A stretch of 64,000 nucleotides of DNA, from positions 1 through 64,000 of the forward strand of contig CM102287.1 of the NCBI GenBank assembly GCA_046563655.1. Reading direction: 5' to 3'. The translations under genes and the position numbers were made by a program. Under the pieces are notes generated by a model that was given only the letters and a program-made list of their open reading frames with translations, was not told the origin of the DNA and did not search any database. This DNA is from Yuukianura sp. NJ FZ-2021. Its lineage: Eukaryota. Below are positions 26,474 to 36,655 of this stretch, in pieces. How positions within the stretch are numbered: position 1 is the stretch's first letter; the number at the start of each line of letters is the position of its first letter.

Positions 26474-26830
26474 CTATTTAAACGATTTTGGCTTAGCTTG
26501 TTTTGTTGGTCCACAGCCGATCTTTTTCTTTTTAGGAGTTTTCTTTTTAGAAGCAGAAGTTTCCACCGCGGAGACTTTCTTTTGTGGTGATTTTCCTTTT
26601 CTTTTAGCAGCTCCCGTCTTTTTGCGACCTTTGGATTTTTTTCTTCCTTCTCCTGTCATTTCTGAAGCACCGTTCTTTTTACCCTTTTTAGCCTTTTTCA
26701 CACTCTGAAATGGAATTGAATTTGGTAAAACTACCGGGGTCAATGCCCCATACCCAACCTGACGAGTCTTTTCTCCGTCCATTCTTTTTAAAAGCTTACA
26801 ACTTTCACCTTCACACACAACTTCAAGCAT
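26474..26830 (-). CDS. Lys-rich basic protein, putative DNA-condensing core protein
   Basis: Highly basic; xxGxG motifs QVGYG, MTGEG, KIGCG resemble adenain cleavage sites; lies between minor and major capsid genes. Confidence 0.6.
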   Translation of the reverse strand: MLEVVCEGESCKLLKRMDGEKTRQVGYGALTPVVLPNSIPFQSVKKAKKGKKNGASEMTGEGRKKSKGRKKTGAAKRKGKSPQKKVSAVETSASKKKTPKKKKIGCGPTKQAKPKSFK

Positions 26831-26896
26831 GTGGCCTGTGGATCCGACGAAAGTCAAATGACGACTAACTAATGGAGCAGATTATTTATATTGGTT

Positions 26897-27997
26897 TCAC
26901 AAAGTTTTATTTTGAAAATGAAGTACGACCGCAGAATATAAATCGTTAGCTTGAGGGATTGGTTCCATATTTTCAAAAACGAGATCGATTCCAATTTCAC
27001 TAATTTCCCTCCGGTCCATGTCAACAGGAAAGTATAGCAATGGCCGTGGGGTTTCGTGTACAATTCTAACAACTTCTTCTTTTTTCACATCTCGCCTTGG
27101 TAAAATGCTCATATGCCGAACTGCCTTGGATTTGAATTCCTGTGGTTTAACAGCATCGCAGAGCACAATCACATTGTTGTGATGTATATCCAGGTCAATG
27201 TTGGCGATTGTCGGGGATGAAGTGTTGCTGTAGCTGAACCAACATGGAGTTTTGAGGCCAAAAGTTTTTTCTAGAAATTCCGAGAGACGAACACTATAGC
27301 CTCTTCCGGAGACACCGTTGACGCTGAGCTTGCTTTCGTCGTAGGAAAATGTAATTCCCAACTGTTTCAAAGCAACGTTGATTTCACTAACTATGCCTTC
27401 GACCGTCTTGTCTTTGGGTTCATTGACCTTTACGGTAGAACTGACTTCACGAAAAACAGTAAACTTTAGCGGCTCTGAAATGTCAATTGCGTCCAACGCT
27501 GCTTGGCTTGGAGACGACGGGGCATCGGTTTCACCTTGGCCAAACACATTTTTTGTAAATCCGAGAGCACGCGCATAGACTTCTGGAATCTTCACGTCGT
27601 AGCCAGTGTCATTGTTGCGAAATATTAAAAAGTCCTTTCCTTCTTCTACTTCCAATAGGAATGTCAGCTTGTTGTTGAATATTGCAAAATTCGTATTGCA
27701 TTTGTTCATTGTTTCAATATAACTTTCACCTTCGGCTCGAAACACTTCCATGCTCGATTCAAAGCGCTGAACCACGGAAACGACATTGTCGTCGGGTTCA
27801 TGGCCAAAAATCGTATACTTTCCAGTGTCTGGCGTTGCGGGGTACCACAAATTACACACTGCAACTTCTAGCGGGAGATTTTTGTGCAAAGGAATATTGT
27901 CCAAAAGCTTATTTCGAAAAGAACTTGTATTATTAGATGGGAAGAATGAGGGAAATGAAGTAGAACCTAGAGTCACGAAGCGCGAAAACGGGTACAT
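26897..27997 (-). CDS. Minor capsid (penton-like) protein, 366 aa, intronless
   Basis: FVTLGS..FPSNNTSSFRNKL..IPL..EVAVCNLWYP N-terminus and VLCDAVKPQ..YFPV..ISEIGIDL..VVLHF C-terminus match the Polinton minor capsid pattern. Confidence 0.82.
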   Translation of the reverse strand: MYPFSRFVTLGSTSFPSFFPSNNTSSFRNKLLDNIPLHKNLPLEVAVCNLWYPATPDTGKYTIFGHEPDDNVVSVVQRFESSMEVFRAEGESYIETMNKCNTNFAIFNNKLTFLLEVEEGKDFLIFRNNDTGYDVKIPEVYARALGFTKNVFGQGETDAPSSPSQAALDAIDISEPLKFTVFREVSSTVKVNEPKDKTVEGIVSEINVALKQLGITFSYDESKLSVNGVSGRGYSVRLSEFLEKTFGLKTPCWFSYSNTSSPTIANIDLDIHHNNVIVLCDAVKPQEFKSKAVRHMSILPRRDVKKEEVVRIVHETPRPLLYFPVDMDRREISEIGIDLVFENMEPIPQANDLYSAVVLHFQNKTL

Positions 27998-27998
27998 T

Positions 27999-29155
27999 TT
28001 ATGCGGTCACTGGGGTCAGATCTTCGTTTAAGAAACTCCTAAAAAAGAATTGGATGTGGCTTTGTCAACTGGCAAAATCCGTCTAAAATTATTACCTTTA
28101 ATCTCCTCCTTTTTTAGCGTCTCAAGATAGTAAAAGGGAGGCACGGCGCTGATTGCCTTTCTAATCCTATAAAAAAAAAGAAACGCTTGGCATACATTCC
28201 AAAACAGGGCTAATATGCTTCTTTACCTAAAGACTTCCGTAGAGTACGATTGTGACGTTGAAGCTTTTTCAAAAGTTAGCCGCTTTCTAGCGACCCTCAC
28301 AAGCTGACCCACCTGAAGAAAAAGACTGTTTTAATGAGACAAAGTGAATGTTTAACTGTTACCTTGAATTTTGGCTTTTCTGGTTTGGAATTTATTAGTT
28401 TGTCGTAGACGTTTATAAAAACTGTAGCTTTGTTTTTGGGGTCAATAGCCTCCGTGGGAGTCATCTTCAGGGTTGAATGCACCGTTTTATTGTAATTTGA
28501 AACAATATCCGGCCATAGAGTTTTCATTGAAGCCTTTGGATTGGCAAATTGAGCCCGGGTCAAGTTTCTTCTGAACGTTTGAATTACACGTTCTACCTGT
28601 GAAACTTTTCTCGCAGTTCTCGGAGAATAGCTGTGAATGTCATTGGCTTCCAAATATTTCAAAAGGCTTTTATTCTTGAATTCTTTTCCAAAATCGGAAG
28701 CCAAAAAATGCGGGAGATGCTGAGAGAAAAAATGATAAAGTGTAAATGCATTCGAAGAGAGAAAAGGAGACATTTACCCCAGCTTTCTTGAAGACTTTCT
28801 TTATTGCCTCCAAAACTACTCGTGCTGTCTTGTTGACACAGAACTCTGTCCACACAAAGCGGCTAAACAAGTCCATGCAGATGAGAATGAAGCCAATCTT
28901 TTCTTTTTTCGCAGACTTTTTGTCCAACTGCAAAAGGTCAACTCCGAACGTCATATAAGGAAAAAACGTTAATACTGGCCTGGTCCTTGGCTTTCTTTGC
29001 GGCCTGTGCAGAGAATATGCAGGAACTCCGGACAAAGCTTGCTTGACCTTCTCTTTGTCTAAAAAGCCTGATGACTTTAAGAATGACGGAAAACCAGAAA
29101 AGCTTCCAACTGCTTTTTTATTTAAATAGGCTGACTTTATTTGTCTTTCAGACAT
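27999..29155 (-). CDS. int: Retroviral-type (c-integrase) DDE integrase, spliced; last junction uncertain
   Basis: YSLHRP, GVDLL, CMDLFSRF, ASDFGKEF, VERVIQT, YNKTVHSTLKMTP, KFK|VGQLVRV. Introns 28720-28777, 28313-28362, 28167-28226 and probably 28039-28095. Confidence 0.92.
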
Positions 29156-29286
29156 GCTAAGAACCTACAAAAGAAATTACACAAGACAGTGTATGACGGC
29201 GACTGCCGTCTGAGTATGACTTTTTACCAAATTTATTTAAAAAACGACCGAATTTTCGAGAATTATTTAAGCTTAAGACTCAGGGG

Positions 29287-29750
29287 TCAGTTGGTATCCA
29301 TAGCGTCTTTGTCGTTCCAGTCCATTGACTTTACCAAGAAGCACGGATTTTCAAAACACTGTGATCCGGTTCGTCCACAGCCCAAGATACACGGTTCGGA
29401 GAGTACCAAGTGACACTTCATGTCCTTCATGAACTCTTCCAAGTCTCCTTCTCGAACATAGGCCGAATGATCCGCTGCGAGTTCATTTATTGTCTTGTCT
29501 TTGTTAATTTCTGCGTCGTAGACGTAACAGTCACGGTGACCCCTACGGTTCCAGCAGTTATGTTTTAGCACAGCACTTCCAAACTGACGTATGATAGGAT
29601 CTACTTCGGCAAGTTCATCCAAAAGTTGAGCCAATGGCTTTTCCTGTCTGTTTGGGCAATCTAGATACAAAAAGAAATTAGGTTCAAAGGTCAAAAACTG
29701 ACAATTTCTAAAATTTTACCCGCCAACGGTGGAGAATCTTTTGTCGGCAT
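29287..29750 (-). CDS. Hypothetical Cys/His-containing protein (~135 aa, 2 exons)
   Basis: MPTKDSPPLA|DCPNRQ... joined by a GT-AG intron ~29661-29719; TATAAA upstream near 29805-29810. Confidence 0.55.
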
Positions 29751-30051
29751 TTTGAAAATGATGGCGCTTACTACGGAATGATGGCTTTTCCAAACTCCTG
29801 TCGCTTTATATACCCTATCGAACTGAGTGGAAACGTTTTGAAAAAATGTTGACTAGAAATTTCCAAAATTTTCAGTCCATTGAAAATTCCGCTCTGTTGA
29901 ACTCAAAAGGCCCTACGGCATACTAAATGCGATTACTCATGCACACAAAAAAAAAGCCAAGGAAATATATTCTTGTGCACTTTCCTCCTTTGTATTCAGT
30001 CGCACTTTCCTCATCCCCTCCTCAAGTCACAAGCAAAATATTCAGAAAGCA

Positions 30052-30930
30052 ATGGAAAACACAGAGCCAGCTAACAACCAGTTTCCTAGCCATGAAGAAT
30101 TGCCAGAAGAAAGAGATTGGACAGAAGTATTCAAAGTGAAAATCAGTCATCCGGACACTGTGGATTGCACTTTAATTACGACAGGCCCTAAGATTTTCAA
30201 AGTACTACGCATTGAACAGCACGGCACGGCAACCACTTTGGATTTCAAAGTGATACCAAAACTCATCGGAAAGCTTTTTCAACTTTATCTTCAGAACGGT
30301 GGGCGAGCGAGCGAGCTGCCGTATGTAACACTTTATCATGAGAGAGGTTCAACTTGCCTTATAATTCGACACAAAGACTCCAAGGAGGTTAGAAGCTGGC
30401 CGCAGAATTCTGAAAACGGTCGTAAAACTGATCCAGACCCAATCCGCTGCCCACAAGGAATGTATCCCGCGCCAACTATCGTGTATCAGACGTCTCAAAT
30501 GGACGGGTTTTGGCCGAGGCAGGCTGAATCTCGTGATAGCAGTACCGATTGGGCACAAGTAGACAAATTGCGCATCAGTCAGCCGGACGCTTGGGATTGT
30601 TCTCTAATTACGGAAGATCTTAAGGTCTCGAAGGTCATCCGCATCGAACAGCACGGCGCGGCAGCCACCGTGGATTTCCAAATGATTCCGAGCCTAATCG
30701 GCAAATTGTTTCAACTCTTTCTTGGAAGCGGCGGGAGAGTAACAGAACTGCCGAGAGTAAAACTTTATCACCAGAAAGGCACTACATACCTCGTGATTCG
30801 GGACAATGACTCTGTGGACAATTGGAACTGGCCAACTGACTTGGAAACGGGTCCTAGGATCACGCCTCTAGGAAAATTAATCGAGTATCAGACATATCGA
30901 ATCGAAGGAGACGAGGTATTCGTGGCATGA
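30052..30930 (+). CDS. Hypothetical 292-aa protein made of two diverged ~100-aa repeats
   Basis: DWTEVFKVKISHPD..RIEQHG..LIGKLFQL..GGR..ELP..LYH vs DWAQVDKLRISQPD..RIEQHG..LIGKLFQL..GGR..ELP..LYH; synonymous divergence between copies supports coding. Confidence 0.85.
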   Translation: MENTEPANNQFPSHEELPEERDWTEVFKVKISHPDTVDCTLITTGPKIFKVLRIEQHGTATTLDFKVIPKLIGKLFQLYLQNGGRASELPYVTLYHERGSTCLIIRHKDSKEVRSWPQNSENGRKTDPDPIRCPQGMYPAPTIVYQTSQMDGFWPRQAESRDSSTDWAQVDKLRISQPDAWDCSLITEDLKVSKVIRIEQHGAAATVDFQMIPSLIGKLFQLFLGSGGRVTELPRVKLYHQKGTTYLVIRDNDSVDNWNWPTDLETGPRITPLGKLIEYQTYRIEGDEVFVA

Positions 30931-31149
30931 TTGGGCAAAAACTGAGCCACAGAGACGCCTCACTAGCGTTAGAAACGTATATTGAATAGCATTACTCCAC
31001 TAGCATTTGCATAAAAGAATTTTGTCTTTGTGAAATTTATTTGAATTCTGGTGAAAAATTTGTATTATTTAAAATTTGATAAAAAACTTTCAATTTTTCC
31101 GAAATCCTTTTTCCAAGCCTTGTTCAGTTTACAGAACACACCAAAAGTT

Positions 31150-31585
31150 GCTCACAAAAAAAAAAGAAAAGAAAGAAATCCATTCATTGCCATGCTCCGT
31201 TGAACTCGAAAATTTGTTACCAAATTGCAAGAAAAAGAAGTGCTCAAGAATCAAAACTCAAAATTTAACAATTTAAATAAATTTAAACTTCATTTCTTTT
31301 GTCTTAGAATTCTTTTTAAAAGGTTAAAAAGTTTTCAAAAAAAAACAACACATTTTTTTTAAAATTCAATTTAAAAAAAAAAGAAAAGAAAGAAATCCAT
31401 TCATTGTCATGCTCCGTTGAACTCAAAAATTTGTTACCAAATTACAAGAAAAAGAAGTGCTCAATAATCAAAACTCAAAAGTTAATAATTTAACTAAATT
31501 TAAATTTCATTTCTTTTGGCTTAGATTTTTTTTTAAAATGTCAAAAATTTTTCAAAGAAAAAACTGATTTTTTTGTTAAAAATTC
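31150..31585. repeat. Two diverged ~218-bp AT-rich direct repeats between convergent genes
   Basis: AAGAAAAGAAAGAAATCCATTCATTG(C/T)CATGCTCCGTTGAACTC...AATCAAAACTCAAAA at ~31163 and ~31381. Confidence 0.85.
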
Positions 31586-31789
31586 AACTAATCTTCCCTA
31601 GCCTGAATTTTTTAAAAACAAAGCAAAATGCAGTTGGTTCCAGTTCGCTGCACTCCACATACTACTCTGCCAAATTGTAAATACCAAAAAAATGCAAAAG
31701 AAATAAATAAATAAAAAAGAAAGAAACACAAGACATTTCAAAATCCATTTTTTATTTCTTTGTCTTTTTTTTAGCCTAACCGGAAGAAG

Positions 31790-32198
31790 TTAACGACGTA
31801 TCCTTTGTCGTAGATCCTCGTCACTTGCATTGTATATAACTGAAAAGACAAAAAAAATTACTATTTTAAATTGAGTTCGGTTTAAATAATTAATCAATTG
31901 TTGGCTTACTCTTCTCGATCAGCTTCATCTGCGCAAACCGGTGCATCTCGCGGTAGTGCAGAAATTCCTCCATTGCACCCGGCTCCTCTGGCTTCAAATA
32001 GTAGTTTGGAATCTCGCGGCGTCTCGCCCAGAAGTGGTGCCAAGCGGCACGTAAACAATCGTAGCGGAAAAAGGCCTCCAATGTTAGGCGCCGACGCCAG
32101 TTCCCGCCAGTCCTCTGGTCATCACAGATGACCTCCTGAGGGCACGAGCAGCCGTCCCAATCGTCGTGTTCACAAGGCCGCGACACAATACCTCCCAT
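31790..32198 (-). CDS. Small hypothetical protein with N-myristoylation-like start (MGGIVS), probably 2 exons
   Basis: ORF body 31890-32198; donor GTAAGC near 31909 and acceptor TTTCAG near 31840 give ...IEKIIYNASDEDLRQRIRR*; TATATAAA upstream near 32262-32269. Confidence 0.6.
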
Positions 32199-32352
32199 GG
32201 TAATGAAATGCAGTTTAAGGAGAAGAAAGTAATCTGACAAAAGACGGCCAATTCTCCAGAGTTTATATACTACCAGAAAATCATCTCAACTCCAATTAGA
32301 ACTGAGAAAAACACTAGCTCACAGCTAGAGATATTTATTCGAGCATAAATTC

Positions 32353-33271
32353 TCATAAATCTTCAGGGTCAACCTTAGCAACAATGTTTTGCATTGTTTT
32401 TACAAAACCGTCAATATCTCCCCGACAAAACGTTAACTTCGGCCCAAAATAGCCGTCAAACTTCGAGTTGTCGCTCGGGGAATTGAGATAGAAAAAATAT
32501 CTGTCCCTGCGGACGTTGATGAAGCGCATTCTAAAGCGCATAGTTTCGCTATACCAAGTATCGTCATGAGTCCAGAATGAGAGCTCTTTGGGCTCAATCA
32601 GGGTTCCCGGCTCGTACTTGAATAAGGGAGCTCCTGCCTTGACAGACTCGTCAATCTCGTCCAAGGTAGATTTTATTTGTTCCAGGATGACACCAACTTC
32701 TCGAAACAAGATTCCAAGGATCGTTGGGCTTGCGTTCGAGTTGAGCTTCTGGATGTAAATCTTCATGGCTGCAAAAGAAAAAAAATTTTGTGAAAAATTA
32801 CAATTGAAGCTTATTCATATTTTAGGTCAAACGTACTCTGAGAATACGGGTCAAATCCGAGCCGAGCGTAGAAAGTAGTTGATGTTCCGAACTTCTCCAC
32901 AAGTCCAGATTCAGAAAAGAATGCTTGGGCATTCTTCGGTCCAAGCTCCAGTTGCTTTGCTTTCGTGACGTAGCTCATGGGAATTCCGGAGAAAGCCTCC
33001 GTAAAAACAAACGGAGTCTGCGGCGGTCTTCCTTCCACGACGTCTTGACCCGGGTTAGCTACACCGGTCAACAAGTCAATCGCCCTCCGACTTCTTACAA
33101 GTGAAGTGGCTTCATCAACGTTATCAAAGTCCAAACGTCTTTTAAACGCTCCGACCTTTTGCGTTGGGGCTTCTGAAATTATTTTTAAAATGATTAAATT
33201 TTAAAAAAAATAGAAGAAAAAGTATTTTTAAAAAAACTGCAGTTCAAAAATTGTTACTCACCGCTTCCCAT
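32353..33271 (-). CDS. Hypothetical spliced protein with KRRLDF motif; possible PC4/PUR-like ssDNA-binding repeats
   Basis: MGS|EAPTQKVGAFKRRLDF...FDPYSQ|TMKIYIQ... joins ORFs 33254-33487, 32811-33134 and 32353-32766 by two GT-AG introns. The start may be at 33487. The fold guess is weak. Confidence 0.6.
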
Positions 33272-33858
33272 TGTCGAATTTCTTTGATATTGGCCCTTTT
33301 GAAATTGTAAAAGTTGAGTACTGATGACGGGATCACAAATACTGTCCCTTTTAAGGGAAAATTTCAACCCGATTGACCCCTGAGTTTCCCGAAGCAACCA
33401 ATCCGATGTCGTTTCAATTTCCCCCAGTTCCTCCCCCGACGCTTCTCCGCTCCGCTGACGATGAAATTTTCGACTCCGTTGACCCATGACTTTGGTGAAA
33501 GCAAACCGTCAACGTCTTAGCGTCACCGGAGATATGCTTCAATGCCGTTCTGGTGCAGGTCAGTTGTGGCCTGCACCGGATGTTCTAGAAGTTGAACTTT
33601 TGTTTGGACCCAAGCCGTTCCGGGTGACCGATTTAGGCGCGCGTCACGGCTCGCTAATTCCCGGCCACTGTCCTCGACGTTGTTCTAGGCTACAGTTCAA
33701 GAACTCCAGCCAAAACTGATTTCCAGTCTGATAAGCTCCGTTCATCGTCTTTTGCCCCTGTTTGACCTAGGGGGCAGTCCAACGGAAAAAAAAACATCGA
33801 TATAAAACACGGACTGAAAATCGTTTTTAGGGCCGAAAAGTTTGTTAAACCCCTCAGT

Positions 33859-34263
33859 ATGAATTCATCAACACATCATTGCTGTAAATGTGTAAAAATA
33901 TTTAGTCCAATCAGAATCAAGGTAATCAAAGACAGGCTTACTAAATCGCGCTGCCGAGACATTGAGAAAATTGTTCGGGAAGACTACTCACAGTGCACGA
34001 ACTGTGACATTGTGTGGGACGGATTTGCGCAACACGTCTGCCCGTCGACAAAGCCTTCGAAGCCCTTGAGTATTGTGGAGATTTTGTGCAGTATTCAGCG
34101 TTGGAGCAGCAAAGAGCCATTTACGTTTGGCGGATTTAGATTCAAAATTGGAAGAGTCACCGCATTGGACGCCGCTTACATTCAAGACGAAATTTTGAAA
34201 AACTTTAACGTTTTTTACTCTTCACGTCTGCCCGTAAAGTCCATCAAGCGTTGCAGACTGTAA
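33859..34263 (+). CDS. Hypothetical 134-aa protein with a Cys/His zinc-binding-like motif
   Basis: CTNCDIVWDGFAQHVC motif; TATAAA at ~33801 and TCAGT immediately before the ATG; abuts the helicase start. Confidence 0.6.
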   Translation: MNSSTHHCCKCVKIFSPIRIKVIKDRLTKSRCRDIEKIVREDYSQCTNCDIVWDGFAQHVCPSTKPSKPLSIVEILCSIQRWSSKEPFTFGGFRFKIGRVTALDAAYIQDEILKNFNVFYSSRLPVKSIKRCRL

Positions 34264-34265
34264 AG

Positions 34266-36176
34266 ATGGATAAAAGTTCACTCAAACGAAAGCTGGAGAA
34301 AGGAGAAAGCGGAGGAAACGTTGTACGCAAGTTGGTTCCGAGTAATCCATTAACGTTTTTAGAATACTGCAAAACTCAGCCCGTCAACAGAGTATTTCCG
34401 GTCGTTGAACTAGAGCAGCTCAATTCCAAGCAGCGTCAAACTGCAAAACTGGTGACTGAAGCCCTCTCTGCTCGTAACCAGGAATTCATTCTGTGCCACG
34501 GCGCGGCTGGGACAGGCAAGCCAACAGATATTTCTTTAGGAATTTCATCTGAAATTATTTTTTTTTTGAAATTTAGGAAAAAGCTTCATAATACACTATT
34601 TAAGAGGCTATTTTGAAAAAAAAAAGATTCGTTTCCGTGTCTTTGCATTTACTGGTGCAGCTGCATTCAACGCGGGAGGAATAACTGTTCATAGCGGCCT
34701 CTCATTAAGTCTAGGTCATCGAAAGCATGACCCGGAAAAATATGTCGAATTTCCAAGGGAGAGACTGAAGGGAGTACGACTTTTAATAATTGACGAAGTT
34801 TTTATGCTCGGGGTTGGTCTCCTGGGATACATGGAGCGAAGACTTCGGGCAATTTTCAGGACACAAGAACCATTTGGAGGTCTAACCGTGTTGGCCATGG
34901 GTGACCTGGCACAGTAAGCTACACTTTTAAATGTGGAAACCTCATAATAATGATGTTTGATGTTTAAGGCTAAGTCCAGTGGCGGATAGACCATTATACT
35001 ACAAGTCTGCGCATGCCGAAGGCTTGTGCTTGGATGGGATCAAGGCGTACGCGCATTTTAACAAATGCATAATACTGACAGAAATTATGCGGCAGGACGA
35101 GTCTCAAGCCAAGTTGAAAGAAATTTTGTCGCGCGTACGTTGCGGAAAACTAGAAGAACAAGACATTGAAGCGCTGCAATTGAGGTCTTTGGAACAACTT
35201 TCTTCAGTCCTGACTGCGGAAGAGCTTTCACTTTTCCTCTCCGCTCCTGTTCTCTTTGCAGAAAATCACAACGTGAATAGTTACAATGAGTAAGTCTCTA
35301 TAAGATACTGAATTTATGCATACTATTAAAAATGTAAAAAATAGAAAACGAATTTCGGAGCTGGGCGTTGACATTACGGAGGTGGACGCCATCGACATGC
35401 GAGATGAGACAAAGACTGGCGACAAATTGAAGCTAGCGGTTGGAGCCCGCTGCATGCTAACCAAGAATCTTTTTGTCGCAGCAGGTATACCATAGTAACC
35501 ATACTAATTTTAAAAAGACTAATTTCTGATTTTTCTAACAGGACTTTACAACGGAGCACTTGTCACAGTCACTCAGATTTCAACCGAAGTAGACGAAAAC
35601 GGAGTTCCAAGTTTCGTTTTCGTCCGTCCCGACACATATTTTGGCGTTCCATACCCACTCAGGAGAGATATTCCTATAGTTCCGCTCGTGATGCCATACT
35701 ATGACAAGTATGCGGGAAGAACTTACCAAAGAAAGTTATTCCCATTGCAACTGGCTTGGGGAATGACATGTCACAAGGCACAGGTGAATTACCTCAAGAC
35801 TATGCTAAAAACATTTGATCATTTGTTTTTTCTTTATAGGGCAAAACTTGCAAACGGGTAGTGGTGGGGAATCCAGCACCCGGTGACACATCAACAATGT
35901 TTACTAGTCAGGCGCCTCAGTTGGTTTATGTAGCAATGAGTAAGAAACAATTTTTTGCATTTTTTTTTCATATTTTTCAAGCTTAATAATGAAATTTAAA
36001 ATTTAGGTCGTGTCACAACTCTGGACGGATTAATGTTCCAGCACCCATTCAGTCCAAATCTGGTCGTGGGACATAGGAGCCTAGCTATTCGGCAATGGCA
36101 GGAGGAATTACAGCGCCTAGAAGCCATGGAAGCCAACACCAACACGAATTTCAATTTAATTTTAGATTTAAAATAA
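34266..36176 (+). CDS. pif1: PIF1-family SF1B DNA helicase, 7 exons
   Basis: GAAGTG|KS, AFTGAAAFNAGGITVHS, LLIIDEVFM, PFGG..GDLAQ|LSPV, LTEIMRQ, FPLQLAWGMTCHKAQ|G, YVAMS|RV. Introns approx. 34516-34576 (GC-AG), 34914-34968, 35290-35344, 35485-35541, 35783-35840, 35939-36006. Confidence 0.92.
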
Positions 36177-36273
36177 ATAGTTTTATGGTAGCATTGTGAA
36201 TTTTGGCTTTACTAGTAAAAGTATTCATAGATTTCCATTCAACTGTATTCAGTTTGCAAGAATTTTTAACAAA

Positions 36274-36357
36274 GTACAAGTGGTTCAGTGGTATGAGCGT
36301 GTTCCGAAAATTTTTGTTGCCATGGGTTCAAATCTCGTGTGGTTCAACTTTTTTTTT
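36274..36357 (+). promoter_or_regulatory. Second tRNA-like Pol III A/B-box element
   Basis: TGGTTCAGTGGTATGAGC (D-arm-like GTTC/GAGC stem) ... ATGGG-TTCAAAT-CTCGT (T-arm-like), then a T9 run; an internal T5 is also present. Confidence 0.45.
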
Positions 36358-36655
36358 ATTCCAAATACTATGTTTTCTTATTGTTGAAACAATTCGTTGT
36401 TTAAAAAAAATTATTTTTTATTTTTTTGAAAATTTTTAATATAATTGAAAAGATAAAACAGCATAATTAACTTAAAAACTAAATTCAAGTTAAAATTTGC
36501 CCATATGTACTCATCTCAGGGGAGTGGGTACAAAGGTGAATGCAGGTGTGCATGTGCAGCCGGTTGTAAACAAAAGCACGTGAAAGTGAAAGTTGTAAAA
36601 ACTCCCACTTCCTCGTGCTTCTGTTTTGTGGTGTGTTGCCGGAGGATTCCAAGAA

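Noticed and set aside
34266..36176. Nested Helitron as the source of PIF1
   Set aside because: No HUH Rep domain or Helitron TC...CTRR ends with hairpin seen; the gene sits in tandem with the upstream viral ORF.
36274..36345. Bona fide tRNA gene
   Set aside because: D- and T-arm-like parts are present, but there is no proper anticodon arm or acceptor stem.
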